A DNA stretch of 32,000 bases from Candidatus Saccharimonadota bacterium (GTDB taxonomy: Bacteria; Pseudomonadota; Gammaproteobacteria; Enterobacterales; Enterobacteriaceae). Both the position numbers and the translations under genes were made by a program. Positions 7,250-16,917 of this stretch are shown here, piece after piece. The DNA lies in contig CP188088.1 of the NCBI GenBank assembly GCA_049942965.1, positions 30,001 to 62,000 of the forward strand, given 5' to 3'. The notes beneath the pieces were generated by a model. It did no database searches, was not told the origin of the DNA, and saw nothing but the letters and a program-made list of their open reading frames with translations. How positions within the stretch are numbered: the stretch's first letter is position 1; every line of letters starts with the position of its first letter.

Positions 7250-8692
7250 ATGACTTTTACTAAATATTTTCTCTTTTATGATTATGAAACATTTGGGTTA
7301 GACACTGCACTAGATAAGATAGCACAATTTTCTTGTATTCGTACTGATTTAAATTTTGAATTGATAGAAAAACAAAAAGTATTATACTGTACCCCACCTA
7401 TAGATTATTTACCTAATCCAGAATCAGTTTTGGTAACTGGAATAACTCCTCAAATTACTATTTCTAAAAAAGGCTATATTGAACATATTTTTGCTAAGAA
7501 AATATTTAATATTTTTAAAAAAAGTAATACTTGTATATTAGGTTATAATAACATAAGTTTTGACGATGAAATGACTAGAAATTTGTTTTATAGAAATTTT
7601 TTTGATCCATATGAATGGTCATGGAAAAACAATAATTCTAGATGGGATATAATAAATGTTTTAAGGGCTGTTTTTGTTTTAAGACCTGATGGAATAAATT
7701 GGCCAAAAAATAAAGTTGGAAATTTTGTTTTTAATTTAGATAGAGTAACTAAAAAGAACAAAATTTTTCATTTAAATGCTCATGATGCTTTATCTGATGT
7801 TATTGCATGTATAGAACTAATGAAGTTATTGAAAAAGAAAAAGAAAAAACTTTTAGATTTTTTATTTTTTTATAAAACTAAAAAAAATATTTTATCATTA
7901 ATAAATGATACAAAAATCAATTTATTTGTATATATATCTAGTATTTTTGGTATAGAAAGAAATTTTGTTTCTTTAATATCAATATTTTTTTTTCATCCTG
8001 AAAATAAAAATGTTTTAGTATTTTTTGATCTTTCAAAAAAGATATCTACTTTATTAAATTTTTTTAAAAACGTTGAGATGGATAAATGGACTTTAGATGA
8101 TTTTTTTTCTTTAGGTATTAATTTTTTACATATTAATCGATGTCCTGTATTAGTTCCAAGATCAGTTTTAAGAAACATTGATTTTTTTCGTTTGAAAATA
8201 AATAAAGAAAAATATTATTCGAATTTTAAAAATTTAAGTAAAAATATTTATTTTTTAAGACAAAAAATTTTAAATTTTTTTCTAAAAAGAAAAAGCTTTT
8301 TTAATAAAAAGAACTTTAAAAATAAAAAATTTAACATTGATTTAAGTCTGTATGATTCTTTTCTTAGTTATTCTGAAAAAAATGCTATGAACGTAATTCA
8401 ATCTACGTCTAATTTTTTAGAATTAAAAAAATTAAAATTTAAAAGTAAAAGAATTAATAATCTACTTTTAAACTTTAAAGGAAGAAATTATCCTAAATCT
8501 TTAACTAAAGATGAAAAGTTACTTTGGGAAAATAAATGTAAAGTTTTTATTAATCCAATTGTATTATTTGAATATCGTAAAAAAATTTTTTCTTTATTAC
8601 AAAAATATCGAAAAGATGATCGAATTTGTTTATTATTAAATGATTTATTAGAATATATGAATTTTATTAAAAAAAAAATTTATTTAAATTAG
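7250..8692 (+). CDS. sbcB: exodeoxyribonuclease I
   Basis: FLFYDYETFG...DKIAQFS.IRTD, CILGYNNISFDDEMTRNLFYRNFFDPYEWSW.NNNSRWD and NAHDALSDV match the ExoI DEDDh motifs. The product is 480 aa and colinear with E. coli SbcB. Confidence 0.92.
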   Translation: MTFTKYFLFYDYETFGLDTALDKIAQFSCIRTDLNFELIEKQKVLYCTPPIDYLPNPESVLVTGITPQITISKKGYIEHIFAKKIFNIFKKSNTCILGYNNISFDDEMTRNLFYRNFFDPYEWSWKNNNSRWDIINVLRAVFVLRPDGINWPKNKVGNFVFNLDRVTKKNKIFHLNAHDALSDVIACIELMKLLKKKKKKLLDFLFFYKTKKNILSLINDTKINLFVYISSIFGIERNFVSLISIFFFHPENKNVLVFFDLSKKISTLLNFFKNVEMDKWTLDDFFSLGINFLHINRCPVLVPRSVLRNIDFFRLKINKEKYYSNFKNLSKNIYFLRQKILNFFLKRKSFFNKKNFKNKKFNIDLSLYDSFLSYSEKNAMNVIQSTSNFLELKKLKFKSKRINNLLLNFKGRNYPKSLTKDEKLLWENKCKVFINPIVLFEYRKKIFSLLQKYRKDDRICLLLNDLLEYMNFIKKKIYLN

Positions 8693-8931
8693 ATAAATAG
8701 CTTCTTAAATAAGAATTTTTTCATTTCATTTTCTAAAATTTTTCTATCTTCTTTTTTTAACATATTTAATTTTTTTTCGTTGATAAAAATTGTTTGATGT
8801 TTTATCCAAATATTCCATGCTAGTTCAGAAATATTTTTATAAATTTTTTCACCTAGAATTCCAGGATAAACTCTTTTTTTAAGTCCTTTAGATTTTTTTT
8901 TTAGGTAAACACAATAAATGGTTTTGTTCAT
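8689..8931 (-). CDS. yggX: Fe(2+)-trafficking protein YggX
   Basis: YPG.LG..IY.NIS..AW..W...QT..INEKKLNM matches E. coli YggX. It lies immediately downstream of mutY as in E. coli. Its stop overlaps the sbcB stop by 4 bp. Confidence 0.88.
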   Translation of the reverse strand: MNKTIYCVYLKKKSKGLKKRVYPGILGEKIYKNISELAWNIWIKHQTIFINEKKLNMLKKEDRKILENEMKKFLFKKLFI

Positions 8932-8936
8932 ATAAT

Positions 8937-9992
8937 TTATGTTATGTTTAATTTTTTATCTATTTTTTTCAATATTTTTTTTATTGGTGTAGGAATTGCA
9001 ATTTTTTTTTTTGAATTTATATTATACCATATATTTTTTTTTTCGAAAGTTTTAAATTTTTTATGTAATATATGTATTAATATTGGTTTTGCAGTTATTT
9101 TATATTTTGTATATTGAAATTTGTATTTTTCTAGATAAACAACCTCTTTATATGTTACATTGTTTTTTTTAATCCAACAGAACATTTTTTTTTCGTTTTG
9201 AAATTCAGGAAAAGAAAATAAATTTGTCCAAATTTTTTTTTTTTCTATTTTACTTAAAAATACTTTTTTTTCTTTACAAAGTAGTAAAAAAACAATTTTT
9301 TTAGATATTTTTTTTAGTTTTTTGTTTTTTGGATATTGACTTACTTCTTTGTTTTTGTAAGATAAACATAATTTTTTTATTGGGCAAATTATACAAGATG
9401 GTTCATTATAAGTACAAATTTTTGCACCTAAATCCATTATTCCTTGATTAAATTTATCAGTGTGATAAATTGGTGTAATTCTATTTATCATTTTCCATAA
9501 TTTTTTTTGAGTTTGGCTTTTATTTATTTCTTCTTTAATTGAAAAACATCTAGATAGTATTCTTTTTACGTTACCATCTAAAATAGAGAAAAAAAAATTT
9601 TTGGAAAAGGATAAAATAGCTCCAGCTGTAGATTTTCCAATTCCTGGTAATTGTATAAGTAGAAAAAAATCTTCTGGAAATTTATAATTATATTTTTCTT
9701 TTATTATTTTTGTTGTTAAAAATATGTTTTTTGCTCTATTATAATATCCTAGTCCACTCCATAAAAATAAAATTTCATCTAACGATGCTTTAGATAGTTT
9801 TTTAATTGTGGGAAATTTTTTTATGAATTTCAAATAATAAGGTACAACAGTTTTTACTTTTGTTTGTTGTAACATAATTTCTGATATCCATGTTTTATAT
9901 ATATTTTTTTTAATTTTCCAAGGAAGTTTTTTTCTTCCATATTTGTGAAACCAATTAATTATTAGTTGTGAAATTTTGTTTGAGTCATTCAT
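8937..9992 (-). CDS. mutY: A/G-specific adenine DNA glycosylase
   Basis: LPWK....YK.WISEIMLQQT.V.TV.PYY..F...FPT, the HhH-GPD segment LPGIGKSTAGAILSF, and the 4Fe-4S ligand pattern C-x6-C-x2-C-x5-C (CTYNEPSCIICPIKKLC). The product is 351 aa. Confidence 0.9.
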   Translation of the reverse strand: MNDSNKISQLIINWFHKYGRKKLPWKIKKNIYKTWISEIMLQQTKVKTVVPYYLKFIKKFPTIKKLSKASLDEILFLWSGLGYYNRAKNIFLTTKIIKEKYNYKFPEDFFLLIQLPGIGKSTAGAILSFSKNFFFSILDGNVKRILSRCFSIKEEINKSQTQKKLWKMINRITPIYHTDKFNQGIMDLGAKICTYNEPSCIICPIKKLCLSYKNKEVSQYPKNKKLKKISKKIVFLLLCKEKKVFLSKIEKKKIWTNLFSFPEFQNEKKMFCWIKKNNVTYKEVVYLEKYKFQYTKYKITAKPILIHILHKKFKTFEKKNIWYNINSKKKIAIPTPIKKILKKIDKKLNIT

Positions 9993-10052
9993 ATATTCTA
10001 AATTTTTAATTTTAAACTTTTATCTTTTTTTTGTTTAAATTAGTTGATTTTT

Positions 10053-10763
10053 ATGGAAAGAAAAAAAAATAGTTTTAAAAAAATGAAACGTAAATTTAAT
10101 TTAAATATTTTTACTTCATGTAGATATAGAATTAGTTTATTACAGAAGAAAGCAATAGAAAAATATTATCCATTATTTGGATTAAAATATCAAAAAATTT
10201 ATGTTGACTGGTTAAAAATATTCGGTAGATTGAAACCAATAATATTAGAAATTGGTTTTGGAAACGGAGAATCTTTAATTAATTCTGCAATTGAACATCC
10301 AAATAAAAATTTTTTAGGAATAGAACTATATCTTCCTGGTATAGGAAATATATTGAAAAAAATAAATTATTTGAACTTAAAAAATATAAGAATTATTTAT
10401 TTTAATGCTTTAGATGTACTGTTTGATATGATTAAAGATTATGAATTATCTGAAATCAGATTATTTTTTCCAGATCCTTGGCCAAAAAGGAAACATCATA
10501 AAAGAAGAATCGTTCAAGAAAAATTTTTAAAAATTGTACATAAAAAATTAGATGTTGGAGGAATATTATATATAATTACAGATTGTGAAAATTATTTTTT
10601 TAAGATTTTACAAAATGTAAAATTATTAGATTGTTATATTGATTTATCTAAAAGTAGAAATTATGTCAGCGATTCTTCTTCTCGTAGAGTTTTAACTAAA
10701 TTTGAAAAAAAAGGAATTAAAAAAGGAAATAAAATTTTTCATTTAGTTTTTTGTAAAAAATAA
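10053..10763 (+). CDS. trmB: tRNA (guanine46-N7)-methyltransferase
   Basis: LEIGFGNGESL, FLGIELY.PG, FFPDPWPKRKHHKRRIV and TKFEKKG match TrmB (YggH). The ORF-track start at 10044 is TTG, and the first ATG (10053) is more likely. The gene is divergent from mutY as in E. coli. Confidence 0.88.
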   Translation: MERKKNSFKKMKRKFNLNIFTSCRYRISLLQKKAIEKYYPLFGLKYQKIYVDWLKIFGRLKPIILEIGFGNGESLINSAIEHPNKNFLGIELYLPGIGNILKKINYLNLKNIRIIYFNALDVLFDMIKDYELSEIRLFFPDPWPKRKHHKRRIVQEKFLKIVHKKLDVGGILYIITDCENYFFKILQNVKLLDCYIDLSKSRNYVSDSSSRRVLTKFEKKGIKKGNKIFHLVFCKK

Positions 10764-10774
10764 TTTTTCTTATT

Positions 10775-11908
10775 TTATAAGAATATTTCTAATAAGTCGT
10801 TTAAAAATAATTTTCCATTATTTGTGGTGTACCAGTATTTTTTTGTTTCATTTAAAAATCCTTTCTTTTTTGCTTCATTAATTTTACAACTTATAGTTTT
10901 AGGTTTTATTCCAGTAAATTCATAAAAATTTTTTTTAGATATTGATTTAAATAATCTAAAATTATTAACAAAATATTCAAAAACTCTTTTTTTTTTTTTT
11001 ATTACTTCTATTTTTTTAATGTAGTATTTTTCTTCCATGTATTTTTTAATTTTGTTTTTTTTTATTATTCTAATAACATCTCCATTTTTTTTTGTTATTT
11101 TGCTATGAGCTGAACATCCAATTCCTAAATAATCTCCATATTGCCAGTAATTCAAATTATGTTGACATTGGTATCCTTTTTTTGAATAAGACGAAATTTC
11201 ATATTGTTTATAATCGAATTTCTTTAGTGTTTTTTTTCCTTCTTGTAAAATTTTCCAAGAGGATTCTTCTGATGGTAACTTAGGATTTTTGTAGAAAAAC
11301 AATGTTTTTGGTTCAATTGTTAATTGATACCAAGAAATGTGTTTTGGATGAAAATTAATTGCTGTTTTTAGATCTAATATTCCTTGTTTTATGGATTGAT
11401 TAGGAAGTCCATACATTAAATCTATATTGAAATTTATTTTCGGAATTTTTATAAGTTGATTAATTACGTTTTTAGTATCATATGAATTGTGAATTCTCCC
11501 AATACTTTTTAGTAGTTTAGAATCAAAACTTTGTATTCCTATTGATATTCGATTAATTCCTGTATTTAAATAATTTATAATTTTATTACTTTCTGTTTGA
11601 TTTGGATTAACTTCAATTGTAATTTCAGCATTTGTAGATAAAGAAACATTTTCTTTTATTTTATTTATCAAAAATTGAATTCCTTTTTCAGAAAATAAAC
11701 TAGGAGAACCACCTCCGATAAAAATTGTTTTTATTTCTCTGTCTAAAAAATATTTTTGATCATTGTATAAATCTTTTATTAAGTGATTAATATATTTTTT
11801 TTCTGGTATTTTTTCTTTCATCTGAAATGAAGAAAAATCACAATATGGGCATTTTTTTATACACCAAGGTATGTGAATATATAAACTAAGAGGAGGTAAT
11901 TTTTTCAT
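10775..11908 (-). CDS. hemW: radical SAM heme chaperone HemW (YggW, HemN-like)
   Basis: LSLYIHIPWCIKKCPYCDF carries the CxxxCxxC radical-SAM motif. TIFIGGGSPS, NRISIGIQSF and HISWYQLTIEP are also present. The product is 377 aa. The gene contains a coding-strand A14 tract (10987-11000). Confidence 0.88.
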   Translation of the reverse strand: MKKLPPLSLYIHIPWCIKKCPYCDFSSFQMKEKIPEKKYINHLIKDLYNDQKYFLDREIKTIFIGGGSPSLFSEKGIQFLINKIKENVSLSTNAEITIEVNPNQTESNKIINYLNTGINRISIGIQSFDSKLLKSIGRIHNSYDTKNVINQLIKIPKINFNIDLMYGLPNQSIKQGILDLKTAINFHPKHISWYQLTIEPKTLFFYKNPKLPSEESSWKILQEGKKTLKKFDYKQYEISSYSKKGYQCQHNLNYWQYGDYLGIGCSAHSKITKKNGDVIRIIKKNKIKKYMEEKYYIKKIEVIKKKKRVFEYFVNNFRLFKSISKKNFYEFTGIKPKTISCKINEAKKKGFLNETKKYWYTTNNGKLFLNDLLEIFL

Positions 11909-11911
11909 TTT

Positions 11912-12316
11912 TTATATTGATAACCAACTTTCTAAAATTACAGCTGCTGATTGAGAATCGATAAATTTTTTTTTTAGAAATTTATATCCTTTTCTTTTAA
12001 AAATTAGATTTTTTGCTTCTATTGTACTAAGTCTTTCATCATGTAAGTATACTTCTATATTGAATTTTTTTTTTATTTGTCTGGCAAATTTTTCTGATTG
12101 ATATGTTATTCTCTGTTTAGAACCATCAATGTTTAAAGGCAATCCTACAACTACGCAAATAGGTTTCCATTCTAAAAATATTTTTTTTAAATTAGTCCAA
12201 TTAGGAATTCCTCTTTGAGAGGTAATGGATGTTAATGGTCTTGCAGTATATGTAAATTTTTGTCCAATAGCTATACCTATATTTTTAGTACCAAAGTCAA
12301 AAGCTAAAATAGTCAT
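11912..12316 (-). CDS. ruvX: putative pre-16S rRNA nuclease / Holliday-junction resolvase-like YqgF
   Basis: ILAFDFGTKNIGIAIG, VVGLPLN.DGS and DERLST..A are the YqgF-family signature. The product is 134 aa. The gene lies 3 nt upstream of hemW. Confidence 0.88.
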   Translation of the reverse strand: MTILAFDFGTKNIGIAIGQKFTYTARPLTSITSQRGIPNWTNLKKIFLEWKPICVVVGLPLNIDGSKQRITYQSEKFARQIKKKFNIEVYLHDERLSTIEAKNLIFKRKGYKFLKKKFIDSQSAAVILESWLSI

Positions 12317-12393
12317 TTTTATTTTTTATATTTTTATATTTTTATATATTTTTATATATTTATAATATAAAATATTTTTTTTTAAAAGTATTT

Positions 12394-13785
12394 TTATTCT
12401 TCTGTATATTTTGTTTCGGAATAATTATCAAATCTAGACCAATTTTCATTGAATGTTAAACGTATTGTACCTGTAGGTCCATTTCTTTGTTTTCCAATTA
12501 TTATATCTGCTGTACCTTTTAAATCACTATCTTTATTATATATTTCATCTCGATAAATAAAAATTACTAAATCTGCATCTTGTTCTAATGATCCAGATTC
12601 TCGAAGATCTGAGTTAATAGGTCTTTTGTCGGATCTTTGTTCTAGTGATCTATTTAGTTGAGATAAAGCAATTATTGGAACTTCTAGTTCTTTAGCTAAA
12701 GATTTTAACATTCTAGAAATTTCTGCAATTTCTAGTGTTCTGTTATCTGAAAAATAAGGCACTTTTATTAATTGTAAATAATCGATCATAATTACGCTAA
12801 GACCATGATTTTCTCGATATATTTTTCTTGCTCTTGATCGGATTTCACTTGGAGTTAAAATTGAAGAATCATCAATGTAAATGTTTTTCTTTTTTAATAA
12901 AATATTTATTGTTCCTGAAATTCTTGACCAATCTTCATCATTTAATTGTCCTGTTCTTATTTTAGTTTGATGGACTCTAGATAGTGATGATAACATTCTA
13001 ATCATAATTTGATCACTTGGCATTTCGAGACTAAAAATTAGTACTGGTTTATCGTATAACATTGAAATATTTTCACATAAATTCATTGCAAAAGTAGTTT
13101 TTCCCATTGAAGGTCTTGCTGCAATGATTATAAGATCAGATTGCTGTAGACCAGAAGTTTTTTTATTTAGATCATGATATCCTGTATTAATTCCAGTAAT
13201 TCCATCATAGGAATTAGAAAATAATTTTTCTATTTTAGATAAGGTACTATCAAGTATTTTTTCGATATTTTTAGGACCTGATTCTTTCTTCGATCTTTTT
13301 TCTGTGATTTTAAATATTTTAGATTCAGCATAATCTAATAATTCAGTGCTGTTTTTTCCTTTTGTTTGATATGCAGAAGAGATAACTTCATTGCTTATTT
13401 TGATTACTTCTCTAATTATAGCTCTTTCTCTTACTATATTTGCATACGCGACGATGTTAGCTGTACTTGGAGTGTTTTTTGATAATTCAGCTAAATATGC
13501 AAAACCTCCTGCTTTTTCCAGTTCTCCTTTCTGTTCTAATGATTCAGATAAAGTAATTAGATCAATGGGATTTTTTAAATCAAATAAACATTTCATTTCG
13601 TGAAATATTATTTGATGTGCTTTGCTAAAAAAATCTTCTATTACTATATTTTCTGTCACTATATCCCATTGATCATTGTCCAACATTAATCCTCCTAATA
13701 TTGATTGTTCTGCTTCTATAGAATGAGGAGGAATTTTTGTTATATATTTTTTTTCGATTATTTTTTTTAGGTTTTTGTCTGCCAT
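12394..13785 (-). CDS. dnaB: replicative DNA helicase
   Basis: PPHSIEAEQSILGG.M, Walker A ARPSMGKTTFA, FSLEM, IDYLQL, ALSQLNR.LEQR.DKRP...DLRESGS.EQDADL and GKQRNGPTG. The product is 463 aa. Confidence 0.95.
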   Translation of the reverse strand: MADKNLKKIIEKKYITKIPPHSIEAEQSILGGLMLDNDQWDIVTENIVIEDFFSKAHQIIFHEMKCLFDLKNPIDLITLSESLEQKGELEKAGGFAYLAELSKNTPSTANIVAYANIVRERAIIREVIKISNEVISSAYQTKGKNSTELLDYAESKIFKITEKRSKKESGPKNIEKILDSTLSKIEKLFSNSYDGITGINTGYHDLNKKTSGLQQSDLIIIAARPSMGKTTFAMNLCENISMLYDKPVLIFSLEMPSDQIMIRMLSSLSRVHQTKIRTGQLNDEDWSRISGTINILLKKKNIYIDDSSILTPSEIRSRARKIYRENHGLSVIMIDYLQLIKVPYFSDNRTLEIAEISRMLKSLAKELEVPIIALSQLNRSLEQRSDKRPINSDLRESGSLEQDADLVIFIYRDEIYNKDSDLKGTADIIIGKQRNGPTGTIRLTFNENWSRFDNYSETKYTEE

Positions 13786-14209
13786 ATTAGATAAATATCA
13801 AAATTTTTGTTTTTAAGGTTAAGAAAAGTATATTAATAATGAAAATAGATATTATCTAAATAATTTGATGTTGATTTTTCACTATTTTAATTTTTAAAAA
13901 TTAATTATTGTTTTTCCTATTTTACATTTAAGAAATTTAAAAAAGAAGCATTTGATGAAATCAAATTTTTTTTAATACCATTATTGGAATTTATAAATTT
14001 TTATTTTCAGTTTTTTATGAAAATATAGAAAGTAGATTTTTTTAAAACATCATTTTAAGATTTATCAAAGATTTTATGTTTATTTTTTCATAGATTTTTT
14101 TTAAGAGATATTTTACTATTTGTATTATAATGTATTATACATAAGTTTAATAAAGTTATTGATTTGTTAATAGTTGATATTTAATTTTTATTTTTTGGAG
14201 TAATTTGTT

Positions 14210-14737
14210 ATGGCAAGTAGAGGAATTAATAAAGTAATTTTAGTTGGTAATTTAGGACAAGATCCTGAAGTACGTTATATGTCTAATGGTAATGCTGTTA
14301 CAAATATTAATATAGCTACTTCTGATATTTGGAAGGATAAAAATACAGGTGAATCCAAAGAAAAAACAGAATGGCATAAAGTAGTTTTATTTGGGAAATT
14401 AGCAGAAATTGCAGGAGAATATCTGAGAAAAGGTTCTCAAGTTTATATTGAAGGTTCACTTCAGACTAGAAAATGGCAAGATCAGAATGGATTTGAGAGA
14501 TATATTACAGAAATTATTGTAAATATGTCAGGAACTATGCAAATGTTAGGTGGTCGAAATTTATCTAATAATAGTAGTACATCTACTCATAGTTTTGAAA
14601 AGATTAAAAACAATAGAGATAAAAAAACAGAAGATGATAATCCTCTATCAGAAAATACAATTAATGATTCTAAAGATAAAAAAACAGAGAAAGATATTTT
14701 AGATCCTTTAGATTTTGATGAAGAAATTCCTTTTTAA
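14210..14737 (+). CDS. ssb: single-stranded DNA-binding protein
   Basis: [29 protein letters not shown]...[45 protein letters not shown] is the OB fold. The acidic tip DFDEEIPF is present. Confidence 0.95.
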   Translation: MASRGINKVILVGNLGQDPEVRYMSNGNAVTNINIATSDIWKDKNTGESKEKTEWHKVVLFGKLAEIAGEYLRKGSQVYIEGSLQTRKWQDQNGFERYITEIIVNMSGTMQMLGGRNLSNNSSTSTHSFEKIKNNRDKKTEDDNPLSENTINDSKDKKTEKDILDPLDFDEEIPF

Positions 14738-14752
14738 AAAAACAAAAAAAAT

Positions 14753-14782
14753 ATAGAATAGAAATTTCTATTCTATTTTTTT
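14753..14782 (+). terminator. intrinsic terminator downstream of ssb
   Basis: Perfect palindrome atagaatagaaatttctattctat (14753-14776; about a 10-bp stem with 2 G-C pairs and a 4-nt loop) followed by TTTTTT (14777-14782). It starts 16 nt after the ssb stop. Confidence 0.6.
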
Positions 14783-15025
14783 CTTAAATTGTATTAGCTT
14801 TAAAATTAACAAAATTATTATTATTAATAATAATGATATTATGTTAACAAAAAAATAGTATTTTTTATAAAGGTTAGAATTTAAAAAAATTTTTATTTGT
14901 TATTTTAATTTTTTTACATTTTTTTTAAATATTTTAAAAAATTTTTATTAATAAAAAATATTTTCTTGATTTACAAGAACTTGATCAGTTAAAATGAATT
15001 AATTTTTTTATACTTGATGAAAATT

Positions 15026-15610
15026 ATGATTTATATTTCAACAAAAGCTCAAAAATATTTTAGAAAATTATTGTTGTCAGAAAAAAAAGGAACTCAAATT
15101 ACAGTTTTTGTAGAAAATGCAGGAACTATTAATGCAGAAGGAAAAGTTGCTTTTTTCATGGATAAGAAAAATGAAAGAAAAGATTTTAAAATTTTTTACT
15201 ACAATGGATTTATGGTTTATATTAGAACTATATTTTTAGAATATTTAAAGGATTCTGAAATTGATTTATTAGAAGATAAATTAGAAACTAGATTAACTTT
15301 GAAAGCTCCTAATATAAAGAGGAAGAATGAAAATAGTGAATTTAGTCCTTTATATCGTAAATTAGAAAAATTTATAGAAGAGGAAATAAATGTTCAATTA
15401 TTATCACATGGAGGAAAAGTTTCATTAGTTGAAATTAGTCCTAATGGAGTAGCAAAAGTACGATTTTTTGGTGGATGTAATGGTTGTACTATGGTTTCTT
15501 TAACTTTAAAAGATGGTATTGAAAAGAAAATAATTTTATCGTTTCCTGAAATAAAATCTGTAGAAGATGTTACTAATCATATTTCTGGAAATCATTCTTA
15601 TTTTAATTAA
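15026..15610 (+). CDS. nfuA: Fe-S cluster carrier protein NfuA
   Basis: MIYISTKAQKYF.KLL is colinear with E. coli MIRISDAAQAHFAKLL. LTLKAPN, L.SHGGKVSLVEI and FGGGCNGCTMV (the CxxC Nfu domain) are present. In-frame TTG 15014 and ATG 15017 are alternative starts. Confidence 0.85.
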   Translation: MIYISTKAQKYFRKLLLSEKKGTQITVFVENAGTINAEGKVAFFMDKKNERKDFKIFYYNGFMVYIRTIFLEYLKDSEIDLLEDKLETRLTLKAPNIKRKNENSEFSPLYRKLEKFIEEEINVQLLSHGGKVSLVEISPNGVAKVRFFGGCNGCTMVSLTLKDGIEKKIILSFPEIKSVEDVTNHISGNHSYFN

Positions 15611-15686
15611 AAAAAATAATTTTGTTAAAAAGTTGTTTTGTAAAGTAATTTGAATTTTTTTTAGAAAAATTTATTTAAAATTTTTC

Positions 15687-16706
15687 TTATTTTTTTGTAA
15701 GTTCTCCTCTGAGATTTTTTTGCATTTTTTTTTTTATTATTTTGTTAGATAAATTTTGACTTAATAAAAAATATAACTTTGCCAAAGCTGCTTCGATTGT
15801 TAAATCATATCCACTGATGACACCTATTTCAGAAAGATAGCTTCCTGTAGCGTATTTATTCATATTAACTTTTCCATGCATGCATTGAGTTAAATTAATG
15901 ACTACTATGTCTTTTTCTAGTGCTTGTTTTAGTCCTGTAAAAAATTCTTCTTTTTGTGGAACATTACCGCTTCCATAAGAACATAAAACGATTGCTTTTA
16001 CTGGTTGTAATAAGAAATATTTTATAATGTTAAAAGAAATTCCTGGATAAATTCTAAGTAATCCAATTGGTTGTGAATTAATTTTGTTTATTTTTATTGT
16101 ATTTTTATTTATTTTATTCTTTAGTAAAAGTTTTTTAGAATAGTTAATACTAATTCCTATTTCTAACAATGGAGCTAGATTTGGAGAATCAAATGCATCA
16201 AATCCATTTGTATTTTTTTTAGTAGTCCTATTTCCTCTGTATAATTTATTGTTGAAAAGTAAAGTTACTTCATTTATTGGATAATTAGTTACTAAAAATA
16301 GAGCATTTATCAAGTTTTGTCTTCCATCAGATCTAATTTCAGATAAAGGTATTTGAGAGCCAGTTATTATAATTGGTTTTTGTAAATTTTCTAATATGAA
16401 TGATAATGCTGAAGCTGTATAAGCCATTGTATCTGTTCCATGCAATATTATAAAACCGTCATATTTATGGTATTTTTTTTTGATGTCATTTCCAATTATT
16501 TTCCATTCTTTAGGGGTTATGTTTGAGGAGTCTATAATAGGTTGATATTCTTTGATAGTAAAAATAGGCATTTCAGAAGAATAAAACTCTGGCATTTCAG
16601 CTATTTGTTTTTGCAGATGTCCAGAAATAGGAACATATCCATTCTTTGATTTTTTCATACCAATAGTACCTCCTGTATATGCTATGTATATGTTTTTTTT
16701 TTTCAT
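15687..16706 (-). CDS. ansA: cytoplasmic L-asparaginase I
   Basis: IYIAYTGGTIGM, ILHGTDTMAYTASALSF.LENL.KP.I.TGSQIPL.E.RSDG..NL.NAL, NEVTL.FNN.LYRGNRTTK and NLTQCM.GKVNM..YATG. The product is 339 aa and colinear with E. coli AnsA. Confidence 0.92.
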   Translation of the reverse strand: MKKKNIYIAYTGGTIGMKKSKNGYVPISGHLQKQIAEMPEFYSSEMPIFTIKEYQPIIDSSNITPKEWKIIGNDIKKKYHKYDGFIILHGTDTMAYTASALSFILENLQKPIIITGSQIPLSEIRSDGRQNLINALFLVTNYPINEVTLLFNNKLYRGNRTTKKNTNGFDAFDSPNLAPLLEIGISINYSKKLLLKNKINKNTIKINKINSQPIGLLRIYPGISFNIIKYFLLQPVKAIVLCSYGSGNVPQKEEFFTGLKQALEKDIVVINLTQCMHGKVNMNKYATGSYLSEIGVISGYDLTIEAALAKLYFLLSQNLSNKIIKKKMQKNLRGELTKK

Positions 16707-16917
16707 ATTTTTTCCATTTTTTTTTGATTATTTTAAAAAATCAATAAATTAAAATTATTAATAAGATCAATTTTAATAGTTTATAAAAAAGAAACAATGA
16801 AAGTTTTTCAAATTAGTTGATTTAAATTAATATTGATTTTTTTTGGTGAAAACGTTTTTTATTATAGTACATAATTCTATTTATTTAAAATAAAACGAGA
16901 TATTCAAGACATAAAAA

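Noticed and set aside
14963-14986. Inverted repeat ttcttg/caagaa and direct repeat cttgat upstream of nfuA as an operator or a sigma-70 -35 element
   Set aside because: The repeats are only 6 bp. No matching -10 element lies at proper spacing, and I recognise no known regulator motif.
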